NCBI GenBank assembly: GCA_037447605.1
Contig: CM074808.1
Coordinates: 2,728,001 to 2,792,000, forward strand
DNA length: 64,000 nt
Source of the DNA: Zygnema circumcarinatum SAG 698-1b
Lineage: Eukaryota > Plantae > Zygnematophyceae
Direction: 5' to 3'
Shown: positions 12,087 to 24,100 of the stretch, one piece after another
Numbering within the stretch: the first letter of the stretch is position 1
Layout: each line of letters starts with the position of its first letter
Translations under genes and position numbers: made by a program
Notes under the pieces: generated by a model
Told to the model about the DNA's origin: nothing
Databases searched by the model: none
The model's input: only the letters and a program-made list of their open reading frames with translations

Positions 12087-14414
12087 ATGGTCGCTGTTGG
12101 GGACCATTTGGTCTTCAAAACTTGCGTCGTGAATAGTCCTTTGCAGTCAATTCATTCGCCCTGTCTCATATGCAGAGTCGCCGTACAGAAGACAGGACGG
12201 CAGGTAGCACTTTTTAACAGACAGAGGGCTTCATTTTTTCACCGTGAAGGAATTCTTTTGGAATCAAGAAAAGGGACGCTGCGTGGTTGCGGCAAGACTC
12301 GCCCTTTTTGTACCCTGAACAGTGAGCAGGGGACAGGCCAGCTCGAACCCTGGGGTCAAGATCAGAGCTCGGAGAGAAGAGGATCAGGATTTTTTCACGA
12401 GCTTTTGGGAAAATTTGGAGCTTGGAGATGGTCTCGGGATACTCGGAATGGAGGGACAGAACCTTTAGGAGGGGCGAGTGCAAGTGGCCCTGCACGGCCC
12501 AGCGGTGCTGCTGCTGGTCAAGTTTTTCAGGCTGAAGGTCACCAGCGGGTGGAGGAAAGTAACGATGAGGGTGACACAGCCGACAATCCTGGAAATGTAC
12601 GTCTGTTTACCCTTGCCAACTGTTGTTGATGAAAGAGACAGTTTTACAATTGAAGAAACAAGTCTGTTTTGAGAAGTATGTTTCCTTCAGTCCATAAATT
12701 TTCTAAGAATGCTTGGCATATTTTTTTAAGAAATAAGAATGAACATCCAGTTCAGACTCACTGAAAATTAACCGTTTTTAAAGGCTCAGTAATAGAGGTA
12801 TCCGACCAGGTTTGCAAAGATCCCTCCTCACAGTTCCCCTGCATTCTGCACTTCCTGTTCTCCGTTTCGTTTCTCAAACAGAAGGTGCTATCATGGTTAT
12901 TGCGCATGCAACCTGGAGAGAAGATTTGGACAGTTCCGTGGAAGGGGGATACCATATTTTTGGTATGTCACCTTTTCCTCGTTTTGAATACGATGTAATA
13001 GACTTGGAAATTGTAGTCGTGGAGCCCGAGCTCTGACTTTGTTGGGTTCTTGGCATAATCTGCACCTTGCAAGTCATTCACAAATTGTGATCATAGTTTT
13101 AAGTTTTGCCCGATAGTCATCAAAGGAGTTCTCATGTACATGAAGATTAGCATTCCGCAATGACAGACTCCAAGACATTCCGTCTACATTCTTGGCAAAA
13201 ATGCAATGTTAGAACGCTTGTTGTGCACTTCGGCAGCTCTAGACACTCTATAATCTGTCCGCTTAAAGTCATTGACTGCCCCGAAGGCAGAAGTGTATAT
13301 TCCCCAAACCCTATGTATGAGGGCAGCCCAAAACCGCTTCAAGTGAACCTTCTTCAAACTCCTTCAGAATATTCTAATGTTAGCAGCCTTTTGCTTCCAC
13401 TTTGTGTTGTTTAAACACTGCCGCCGGTTGTACACGCGCTGTTTTGGTTGTTTAATTGGGCAACTTATTGCCAAGCTGAGAGACATCTGATCTGCTTACT
13501 CTTCAAGTATTGAGAAGTAACAGTGGAGAAGTCGAAGCAGAAATAGAGCTGGAGTTATACAGATACTCAAAAGTGCAGCTAAATAAGTGCATTCCTGCGA
13601 ACTTCATCTCTTCAAATTGGTCAAAGTTGGTCGTTGTATTAAACTTTGTAGACCATAGCAAGCTGCTCTGCCCTATCACACCGTGATTCTTCTTACTGCG
13701 TATGGCAATTACCGTAACTCCTGGTTATGGTGTGGATTGCAGGTTATGATTCTCTGGTTCACTGCTTTTTGGTTTGTTGGCTCCTGGGGCATGCCTTTGG
13801 CGGCGCATGCTCTTTCCTGGAGTTTTGAAGGCTCCGTTCGTGGCATGGCCTTTTATGTTCTGCTCACAGATATTGCAGAAATGGCCGTTGGACTATCAGT
13901 TCTTTACTATTGCTTGGCGCGATTCTTGCCACTGCCGGAAGGCTGGTTCAGAATAAAGTGGAGGGGCGGATGGCTGCTCGAAGTTCTTGCTGCCAGTTTC
14001 ACATTTCCGCTGGTCAAAATGTTGACAGTCATGAGCAGTTTCTTGCTGCCAGTGCCCACAACCTTTCCGTCTCCACCACAGGTAGAACAGTGCTTGAAGG
14101 AGCCTTTTTCCATGCTCCTGTTCGTTCTAGTGCTATCCATTTGTGCCCCAATATGGGAAGAGGTCTTGTTCAGAGGCTTCCTCCTCCCATCCCTTACCCG
14201 TTACCTTCCTATAGGGAGCTCTATAGCAGTGAGCTCCATCATCTTTGCCTTGGTCCACTTCCAACCCCAGCGCCTGCCCTCTTTGGCCTTCTTAGGCGTA
14301 GTTCTTGGGACAGTGTTTGTCCGGTCCCGCAACCTCTTGCCCTCCATGGTCCTGCACAGCCTCTGGAACAGTTACATCATTGCAGACTATCTATTGAAAG
14401 CTCGTAGACTATGA
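12087..14414 (+). CDS. CPBP family (CAAX protease 2 / Abi) intramembrane metalloprotease, probably plastid-targeted; 3 exons, 420 aa
   Basis: Exons 12087-12596, 12882-12962, 13743-14414 (phase 0, GT-AG). WTVPW..TIFLVMILW junction, catalytic motifs APIWEEVLFRG, FALVH, HSLWN, multiple TM segments, and a Ser/Arg-rich N-terminus. Confidence 0.9.
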
Positions 14415-15667
14415 AAGCAACATTGTCAAGGCCGCCATTCTTTTCGCTTGTGTTGAAGTTCATATTCTGTACTTGAGATGAGGTTCAGTTGTAGCCGTCC
14501 CCATGTTAGAGGTACCGACCTTTCAATAGTGCCTTGTGTATATTCTGACCCTACTCCGCAATGTGCTGCAATCTCCATTTTATTGTCATTTGTTGATTTC
14601 GAACTACCAAAGGCCCGTAATGCCCAAAAGGAACAGTTGGCAGTCGGTGTAGTTCTTCTGTTCTTTTTCGAATTTGCGATGTCCACGCGTGTGAGGAACC
14701 CCATGTACATTCATTAGCTGTTTCTCAGGTCAACATAATACAAAGAAATAAACGCAGATTGACTCCACTGGTTGTTTGAACTACTCATCTAACGGCACAG
14801 GCTGGTGTGCTTTGGGCTTACAGTGAACTTGCCCATCAATCTTCAAAATAAAAAGGTGGCTGATTACAATGTTCTCAGGCAAGGACAATGACTTTGGGTC
14901 AAAGTCAAGCTTCGAAGCTTCTTGGAAAGAAGCTCAGGTTTAAATCATTGTACCAAACCACCTGACCGTGTTCTTTGACTATATTTGGCTATTTGGCTTT
15001 TTGCTATTGAGCTGCTGCTGTCAAGTGGAGGTAGGGGTGAAAACGAGTGAGCTTTATCAAGCGCTTAAGTTCTGGAAAGTCTCTCTCAAAATTTTCTCAT
15101 AGACATTGGACTCCACGTTGGCTTCTGTGAGCTTCATACTGCATACAAACTTCACAGTCGCACAGATTTTTCTCTCAGATAAATTAAAAGACAAGAACAA
15201 AAGAAATCGCAAAAGAGCAATAATTAGAAAGCAGAGGCGAGAGAGAGAGAGAAAGGGGAATGGAAAGGGAAAAAGAATAACTCAATACCACTATACAACC
15301 TTGACTTCCAAGGGTTTGATAATTCCAAATTGCCATCAGGGTGTGTCAAATTTTAATATTGTGGTTCAGGACCAATGTCGAAAACAGAACTTAGGGATTC
15401 CTCTTTACAACCTGTTTCGCAGGAAAGCATATATTGGTTTCAGATTCTGTAGTTTTTTCATGATACGTATGTCATATATTGACACGCTTCATTAACAGGT
15501 TATAAGCTAGTCTAACTGCCGGTCCAAAAGCATGGCCAAAAAGGTTCACTAGCCGAATTGACCACATCCTAATTTCCGCTAAAAATGGTGGGTCGTGGTG
15601 AGGGAAGGGGGCAGTGCCTCACCTGCTTCCAAGCAAAGCGCCTCACAGTGAAAGAAATTTCCGCCCC

Positions 15668-18600
15668 TTACCTCTTCCGGGGGGCTCCAGGAGCGCCCGC
15701 AGGAGGAGCTCCCGTCAAAAAGAAGGTGAGCACAAACATGAGGGCATAGAAGAAGAAGATGCAGACAAACCACAGGTTGGGGTTCACAACGCTCCCATTC
15801 ACTCCCGCAAGCCACGCGAACAAGCTCGACGAAGACTCGGGAGCCCACACTTGGAAAAAGACGCTGACTGTCTGCGAGGCGCCGTTCATGAAGCCAAGAT
15901 CGCGGGGGTTCTCCACACATTGAGCGAGGAGAATGTAACAAGAGGTGAATCCTGATTGTGGGAAGCTGATTTCCTCGCAAGAACAAAGCAAGCCACGTCA
16001 TGAGTGAGCAGCCCGTGGAAGAAAAGTTTGATTGCACGAAGGCAAATAATGCATGTGGAGATCCTCAACACAGCTTTGGACCGTGAACTTCTTGACATTC
16101 CTTAAACATTTCCTTGATGCATGATCCTCTCGCTCAATAACTTTGACATTAGCTCCTTCGAGACGAGGGATCGAAGCATTTCCTTGATCCATGAATTCTA
16201 AAGCATGAGAGTCTCTTTTTTCCTCTCTCAGCGTGCCCGCATGCTTGTACTCCATTGAAACTGCGCGAACACTATCAAAAACAGGTGGGCCTTGGCATGG
16301 AGTCGACTCAATTTGCAATGCAATCTAGTTCCCATTTCCTTTCTGCTTCTACTAATTCACCGCATGACCTACCTGCGAAGGGCCTGCAGCAAACATATGC
16401 TGATGACGAGTCCGAAGGTTCCCTCACCAAAGACTCGGGCGACAGGGAAGAGGAGCACTACCAGTGCAATCGTGAGTGCAAGCCGTAGAGCAGCTACAGG
16501 ACCCACTCGGCCCACAAGGGGAGCGTATACAAACATCTGCAAGGGGATCTGGATACTCCACATAGCCACAGCCAAGCACAAAGAAAAACTGAACTCCTTG
16601 TCCGACACCTTGGATCCCTTTGAACGCCTACATGGACACCTCTGAGTGGTAATCTGTTAGCAGATTGAAGAAGAGACAGGAACTGGGAAAAAGGTCTTCT
16701 AGAGTCAGTAGAATCTGACCAGAGCAAGGCCTGAACATGTCTGAGCAAGACCCACAAGGTTGGTTCCCCAGCTAAGGCCGCCCCTCTCCCATGGCGTCAC
16801 GCACCAAAGGGGAAACACCTGCTCAGCAATGTTCACATTGTTAGTCCGGCAAGCTTAACTTCGCTCAGGATCAGACTCGACAAAAAATGAGCTGTAAATC
16901 AAAATTCAGACAAGATCCAACATGAAGCTGACGATATCTTGTCTTTGATTTCCACAGTGGATGCCTCTCTGCATCAGCGGAAAACAATCACACGATGATA
17001 TCCACACCTCTGGGCCTCCAACTCTCCTCACATGATCAATGGAGCTACTGTTCAGAGCGGCTGTTTTGTTGGATACATCAGACATTGAGACAAGGAAGGA
17101 GGGAATAAAAAATCACCTCGTTGAATGCTGCTGAAATAAAAACAAGGACGCTGAATAGAAGTGTGGCGACAACTGTCACGTTGTTATCAACATTGTACAA
17201 GAAAAATCACTTTGAGAACGTCAGCTTATTTTTCCTTTGATCTTGAGAAGCAAAACGAAGATCTCCAGGCGCGATAGCATTCTTCAAACTAGACCATACC
17301 TTTCAGGGATCATACCACGAACTTACTTGCGTTCTGCCGCAGCAAGACTCTTCTGACTCTTCCAAACATGCTTTCTTGCAGCAGAGGTGATGCGGTCACT
17401 TGTTCACTGCCTTCCGCCTTCTCTGTGTCTCCTAAAAGTGGTTTGCGCAACTCCTCTGATGTTTGATCCCCTGCTTTCTGCTGTACTTCAGGAGGAATAG
17501 GCGGCTGCGAACGCGGAGGGCCTTGTTTGTTATGATTTCTCCCTAATGTCTCCGGAAGAAGAATGATCGTTGTAACAAGTGAAATCAAGTTCAACATAGA
17601 TAGAGTGAAGCACGGAAGGAGATAGGGAAAAGTAGCAAAGATTGAGAACGGTGGAAAGAACCCTGGATATTTGCTTGCTGGTTCGCACAAAAAGCCTCCA
17701 ATAGCGGGTCCTGCAACAGCCCAGGTGCTCCAAAGCCTTAGTCGAGGAAACAACAAAGTACAGTTTAGAGCACAGCCTTTAAAGGTAAAATACATGAACA
17801 TACATGCCTCCAGATCAACTACTATGTCTACCGAGAGAAGGGGCGGGCAAAGGAGGAGAGCGAGTATCACCTAAAAGCAAGCCCACGCCGAACATTGTGC
17901 CCAGAATGGAAAACCTGCAGGACTTCCCACATATCACAATCATGCCGATTAAATAGCTCCACATGAAGAAAAAAATTGGCGTCTTCTCAATTTCAAATTT
18001 TCACTCAATGCCTGCCTTACACCTGGGTCGTCTACAGTTTCCCTCAATGCCATTACAGCATAAACGTATGGTAGAGATAGAACTGTTTTCTGCAATGCTA
18101 ACCACTTTTTGTTAACAAAATTAACGAGGTAGAAGACAGCCCAACTGTGAATAAGTCTTTGAGGAGAGACAAAGGTGAGTGTCTATTCACGCAAAAGTCA
18201 AATTTCAAAGAGGGCAAAAGGTTAATGTGACAGGATCAACTTAGTGATTGCAAGTCCGAATACCTATGCATAAATTAAGTGGAGATCCAATAGGCACCAA
18301 CTTTTCTTTCAAGGAGAACGAAAAATATCCCTGCTGCACATCATGACCAGCTTATATCACCGAACCATCCAACAGAAGGCTCACCCTTTAGATTGATTTG
18401 AGCGATCACAGAGCTCCGCGACACATCTGAACGACAAGCCAGGCAATGCGTGAGCATAGGTAGATAACTTTTCACTGTAAAAGTGGCAAGCGACAATGGA
18501 TCGAACAATACTTTCCATTCATTATGCTTGATCAATAAGTTAGGCACACATCCAATGAAAAGGAAGTGCACTTCTCCTCAGGCTTACGTCCTTGCAGTGG

Positions 18601-19327
18601 GCGCGACACTGTTAAAAAGTCCTCCAATTAAGCGAGTTGTGATAGCCATGGTCAGATTTGTGCTAAGTCCAAAGAGGAGCGAGGATACAATGTTGACAGC
18701 AATGCCCAACAAAATAACAGGTTTCCTCCCGATGTGATCTGATAGAAATCTGAGCCACCCCAATTCACAAAAAAAAAAGGGAGTCAGAATTACAAATGAA
18801 GCAGCGCTGTCAGTCGCACTCAGTGGCTGCTGGAGGCAAACCGTTGCATTAGGGATGCATTCTCACCCCCAGAAGATGCTGGAGAAGAAAGCTCCAAGAA
18901 AGGCAGCGGATCCTATTAGTCCAACGTAATATCTGCAAGGAGTATACCGACAATTTCTTTGATGTGACAAGCAGGCGCTTGCATTAAGAAGAGGTCTGGA
19001 AGAATGGAAGTGAGCAAAGAGGACACAAGAAAATTCCAAGACCAAATATTTTTTACCCCGACTGCTACCCTCTCTCCAGCTGTGAAGTTTGAAGGCAAAT
19101 GTTTAATTGCAGATTTCCATCTGAGCACATGAGAAGGCGCCAGCTTACCCTAGTTTGGAGACGTCGTCTACCACATTGAACGATTTCACCATGAATGCCA
19201 CAAATGGAAAAAGAACAGTGAGACCAAGAGAATTGGTAAAATACATGAGCACTATGGCTATAAATGGGCCCTTTGGAAGAGGCGTGGGGTTCCCGGAAAG
19301 TCGACCACCCCCATCTGGAGGTGCCAT
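15668..19327 (-). CDS. Major facilitator superfamily transporter, ZIF1/ZIFL (DHA1-like) type; multi-exon
   Basis: Exon 1 19327-19149 (MAPPDGGG...TVLFPFVAFMVKSF), then GYYVGLIGSAAFLG, motif A GFLSDHIGRKPVILLG, CVAELCDRSNQSKGFSILG, GPAIGGFLCEPASKYPG...FPYLLPC. Last exon GFMNGASQTVS...RKR ends at the stop at 15668. Some middle exon boundaries not resolved. Confidence 0.85.
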
Positions 19328-20894
19328 GATGGCAGGAAAATACTCTAGACAGTACACTCAAGCAGGCCTACCAGAGCCTGCAAGACATGCACAGAAAGGG
19401 CGTTAACGTACTTTAAGACAGTTAAAACAGCCTTTCTGCACATTCGCAACATCAACGAGGAAACTATGTGAAACAGCGCTGCAGCATTTCAAGTCCGAAC
19501 AGCCGGTAGTCGCGACAAGCATTTACAGAATAAGAGATAAAAAATAATGATGTACGAAAGAGAACAGAAGCTTGCTCGCAAATTACCTATGCCGTTTCAA
19601 ATGATTTTCCCGTTTGTTGGTTTTCGATTTAGCTTAGAAACAGTTCTTCTAGTTACTCTCACTCATTTGACAAATGTAGCTCGTCATGGTTTTAAGTTCG
19701 CTTTTGCGATGATAGTTGACGATCACTACGTCAACACATGTCCTCAGTTTGCAGAAATCCTTCAAAAAATGCAGAAAATGAAACTAAATAATCTCGTACT
19801 TTACAGGGTAATACAGCAATCTTGAAGAAATGAAATTCTGAAAGTGCTCACAAGTATCCAAGTCAACGGTTCTGTAATCTGCAAAGCGAATTAGATACAG
19901 GATATTGACATGACTTAATAATGCTGAGGATTGCAACAATTCACTATTCACTATTCACTTACAATTTTCTTGAATAAGAGTTTTCCTCCAACTTTAGAAA
20001 CGCGGATTCTCTATCTTTACGTATATTTCGAGCTCGGCAGTCATTTTGAATGTGAGCTTACCGACGGTGTGCAGTGCTTTGCTTGCTTGCGGCCAGGGGG
20101 AGAGATGTGGCCAGATTTGACCTCCAATGCTTGGCCAGGCCACGGCTTCGACCTTCTCTTGGAGTGGCACCAAGATCTGCAGGAGGGCTTCAAATCAGAA
20201 AGTCAGGAGCGGGGACGACACGGCAAGCATGGAACCTGTGGACCACCACGGAACTGGGTGGGCTGGGAGCACGGCTCCATGAGGCTGCGCCACGGAGGGC
20301 AGTTTGACTGGACACATGAAACTGGCAAGGGACGGCCGTATGGTACGGACGAGGCGGTACGGACGGCTGAAGGCGCGGGAGCGGGAACTGAGAGGTTTCA
20401 AACAGAGAGGGTGGTTAGTCATTGGTCGCTTGGCTGAGTAGTCAGGGTGACTAGCCATTGGTTAGTCAGACTGGTCAGATGAGAGGGGCATACGGAGGGT
20501 TACATTCCAGTCCTTGGAAGTTTTTTGGAGGGACCAACCCAAGACTGGCTTAGTCGAAGTCATAGCTTTTGTGAAAGTTATTAGTGTCCTTTAAAACAGC
20601 ACTTAATTGTAAAGAACGTATAGGGGCTGTAGAAGTTGCACTGCCCCCCCCTGCACACGCACCACCATTTCTCTGCTTGCATACCAACCCCCATGCATGC
20701 ATGCCTCCTTCCAGCCGCCCACAAACGCGCTATCCTTTTCTCCCCTGCTCCGAAGGTTTGCTGAAACGATTGCCAATGAGGGCGCGCAGTTGCCCATTTG
20801 CGGAACTTGCCGCGAAGGGCAACGCCCGACTAGAGGAAGATTAGGTAGGCAGGCTATACTAAATATATTGTGCAACTTATCACTGCGCATACAA

Positions 20895-20967
20895 GCCGGC
20901 CTAGCTCAGTTGGTAGAGCGCAAGGCTCTTAACCTTGTGGTCGAGGGTTCGAGCCCCTCGGCCGGCG
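20895..20967 (+). tRNA. trnK: tRNA-Lys (anticodon CTT)
   Basis: 73-nt cloverleaf: acceptor GCCGGCC/GGCCGGC, D stem GCTC/GAGC, anticodon stem CAAGG/CCTTG with loop CT-CTT-AA, T stem GAGGG/CCCTC with TTCGAGC, discriminator G. CAA immediately upstream, AT-rich TATA-like stretch about 40 bp upstream, T5 Pol III terminator at 20972-20976. Confidence 0.97.
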
Positions 20968-21139
20968 ATTCTTTTTCGTTTTGGACATCCCCTTTTTTCC
21001 GGCTCGCGCCCTAACCGTTGCACGCCTTCCCTCCCTCCCTCCCTCTCTCCCCCCCCCCCCTCCCCGCTTGCAAGGGCGCGCGCCCGCGGCCCGGGCCGGC
21101 TCGAGTCGCCGCTGAGGGGAGGGAGGGAGGGAGGCGGCC

Positions 21140-24100
21140 ATGCTCGACGAGTGGCACGCGGAGGCGGAGGCGGAGGCCGGGCCGAGCCCCGCGCCGCCTC
21201 CCCTCTCGCCTCTCGCGGCCTCCTCCGATCCTCGGGACGCGGTACGCCCCTCCCTCCCCGTGCAGCTGCGCCTGCCTGCCTGCCTGCCTGCCCGCCTGCC
21301 CGCCTGCCCGCCTCCGCTTTCAACCGCAACTCAGCCATTCAAAAACAGCACATGGCATGGCCCCAATCTGCAGATTTTGTCACATAATTCTACGCCTTGT
21401 CATTTCGCAGCACTCCCTCATTATGGATAGCTCCTACGTATTCGCTTGGCCCCATATACGGGTCTGAATTGCACTGCTCAGCGTTTACTACAACTTGCAA
21501 ACAGTTGGAATTTAAGTTTGGGCTGCTCAGCCTGTGACGATTTTGAAGTTTTCGAACGGAATTTCGAAAGGAAGGTCTTTTCCTGGAAAATTTTAAAGTA
21601 TTGTCAATGCTGTTGTTTTTTGGGACGATTTAACAGGAACATGCTTTGCCAACTTTTACGTTCAGTAGATTGTTGGGAACCAGAAGAACAGCCGCCTCAT
21701 TAACCTAAAAGCATTACAGGCAAGAAAAGAGCCTATTGTGTCAGGTCGAATCGAACGTTTTGGACAAGAGCGAGCATTTGGAACATTTTGTGTAAGGGCG
21801 TCATGAGCAATAAAACTGAAGAGTTTTTGCTTGAAGAGCTGCTCACACAGTAATGTTCATACTGTAATGCGCACTTCCTGTGGACGTCCCTAGACTTGCT
21901 ATCGTCAATGTTGTGAAGGCATCCATAGTGGAGAATAACAATCGATAATCGAGTAGATCCATCCAGCGAGGATTGCAGTGTTCAAGAGTTGTTTAGAAAA
22001 TCGAAAAGGGAGTTATGTAGAGAAATATTGAAGTTGTACACTCAGCAAAGGTCATAGTTTCCACACAGTTGGTAAACGTTTGCCTGTCGAATAAGTCATG
22101 AAGAAAGCGCACTCACAAAACTTCTGGCTCCTTATTATGGGATGCTTTTGAGAGTATGCCTTTGGAAATTGGAGGTGAGTTTGACAAAGGGTACTGCGTT
22201 CACGACAATTTGTACGGTGCTCATTATACTGTGGTTTACTGCTCATTATTCAGAGCACATGGAGCAAAGTGAAATGCCTCTTTCTTCAAACTTGTGACCT
22301 TGGCTGCTATTCAAGAAGCTCCCACCCTTGACTCTTGCTTTCTGTTTTTGTGACAGCAAGTTAGATCAAATTCGCTTGAGAGGGAACGCATCTTTTCTGT
22401 GGACGTCCTGGAACGGAATGCAGCTCGAAATCATGGACTGGTCACCTGTATGACGGCAGCTAACAATGTCCTCTTACTTGGCACAAGTAAAGGATGGCTT
22501 GTGCGTTACGACTTTGGCTCAGACGACTGTTTGGGTACGGACCTTGCAGATCCTCTTAAACTTGATACGGATTTAATGGAGCGTCTAGTAGTATGGCATT
22601 AACGCTTTCATGAGACATTGCTTCAGAACGCCATTGCAATGGCTGTGAAGAACAGCCTTTGAATAACTTTTGCATTGCTCCTACCCTTGTAGCATCAGCC
22701 AAGAACATACCAGTAGGTTGCTGATCGTTGAAATGGGACCATTCTAGTATCTAGTGGAGCACAACGACTCCAATGCATTGCACGCATTTCCAGATATTTA
22801 CGTACTTGCCGTCAGAGTCGTGTTGAGGCTCTCAAACCCACCGTCAATGTGTGTCTCATTACCAGAGATCGACCTAAACATCCCAAGATGGGGGGAGCAA
22901 TCCGTGCATCGTGTGTTCCTCGACCCCAATGCCCGGCATGCACTTGCTTCCGTGCGCAGCAGCCTTGGGGGTGGAGAGACCTACTATATGCACTCCAAGT
23001 GGAAGAAGGCTCGCTCCTTAAGCAGGCTGAAAGGCGCCCTGCTCAATGCTGTTGGCTGGCACAAACATCAGCCAAGTGAAGGTAAACAGTAGCAGTGTCT
23101 CCGGTAGGTCAGTCCTATGGCTAGTAATTGCGAATGATGTCTGATTCAATGGTGCTGAAAGGCCCCGAGTTAGCATTCTAGACTCACATGAGGTTTATAC
23201 AACTCACGATATGGTGGAAGAAGGTGAGGCTTCTTCGGGACGGCATGCAAATCATAGCAGGCGACTTTCCTTGGGACGCGAATATAGAGACATGAAGTTG
23301 AACAATTATCCAGTGTGGAGGATGATGCATGGAATGTCATGTCCCTGTTGTTGCTGGCAATGCAGTAATATCTGAAAGAATGGACCTCACTTTCTTTGTA
23401 GTGGCTGCTGATGAGGGTTTGGAGGGGATGGATTGTAGCAACTACAAAGGACATTGTTCTTGGCACATCGGGGGGCCAACTATTTGAGACCCTCGTGGAC
23501 GAAAAAGACAAGAAGGAAAAATACATGCACCAACTCTACGAGCTAACAGATCCTCGCGAACCTATTTGTGGTGTGCAAGTAGGTGCACGTTTAACCATTT
23601 TTAAAGCCAGCTCTTAAGGCTTGACTTCCACTTTAATAAGCGTGTGAATGAACAAAGTACTTTGCAGAATGACTCAAAATCTTCGTAGGAGTGATTAGAT
23701 GTGTCAGAGCAGTACTGGTTGCCAGCATTTTTTATGCGGAAGCAGAATAAACTGCTTCAGTTGCTTCTATTTTGCCCTATATGTATTGAAACAATTCGCT
23801 TGGTTTGATTCGGCCAAAGATCTGTGTTTTGTAACCGGGATATCGCCCTTTTTGGTTGAGTGGCCATAGTGCAAAGGTTAGGGGGAAGTATCTTCATATG
23901 CTGGTCATGTTTTAAAGCGGGCCAAGCATTAGAGTATAACTTTGAAGGGGATGATGCACATCGGGGGCTGAGGAATTTTCTTCCACTCTTGGATTCCTTC
24001 CCCGGCCAGTGATGACCATATGTTAATGAGGACAATAACGCCGAAAAGAAGCTGGCAACTTAGCAACACACCCTTGAATTTCTATTTACACCTTCCAAGG

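Noticed and set aside
20195-20458. 87-aa minus-strand ORF upstream of the MFS gene
   Set aside because: No homology evident; probably overlaps the promoter and 5' UTR exon.
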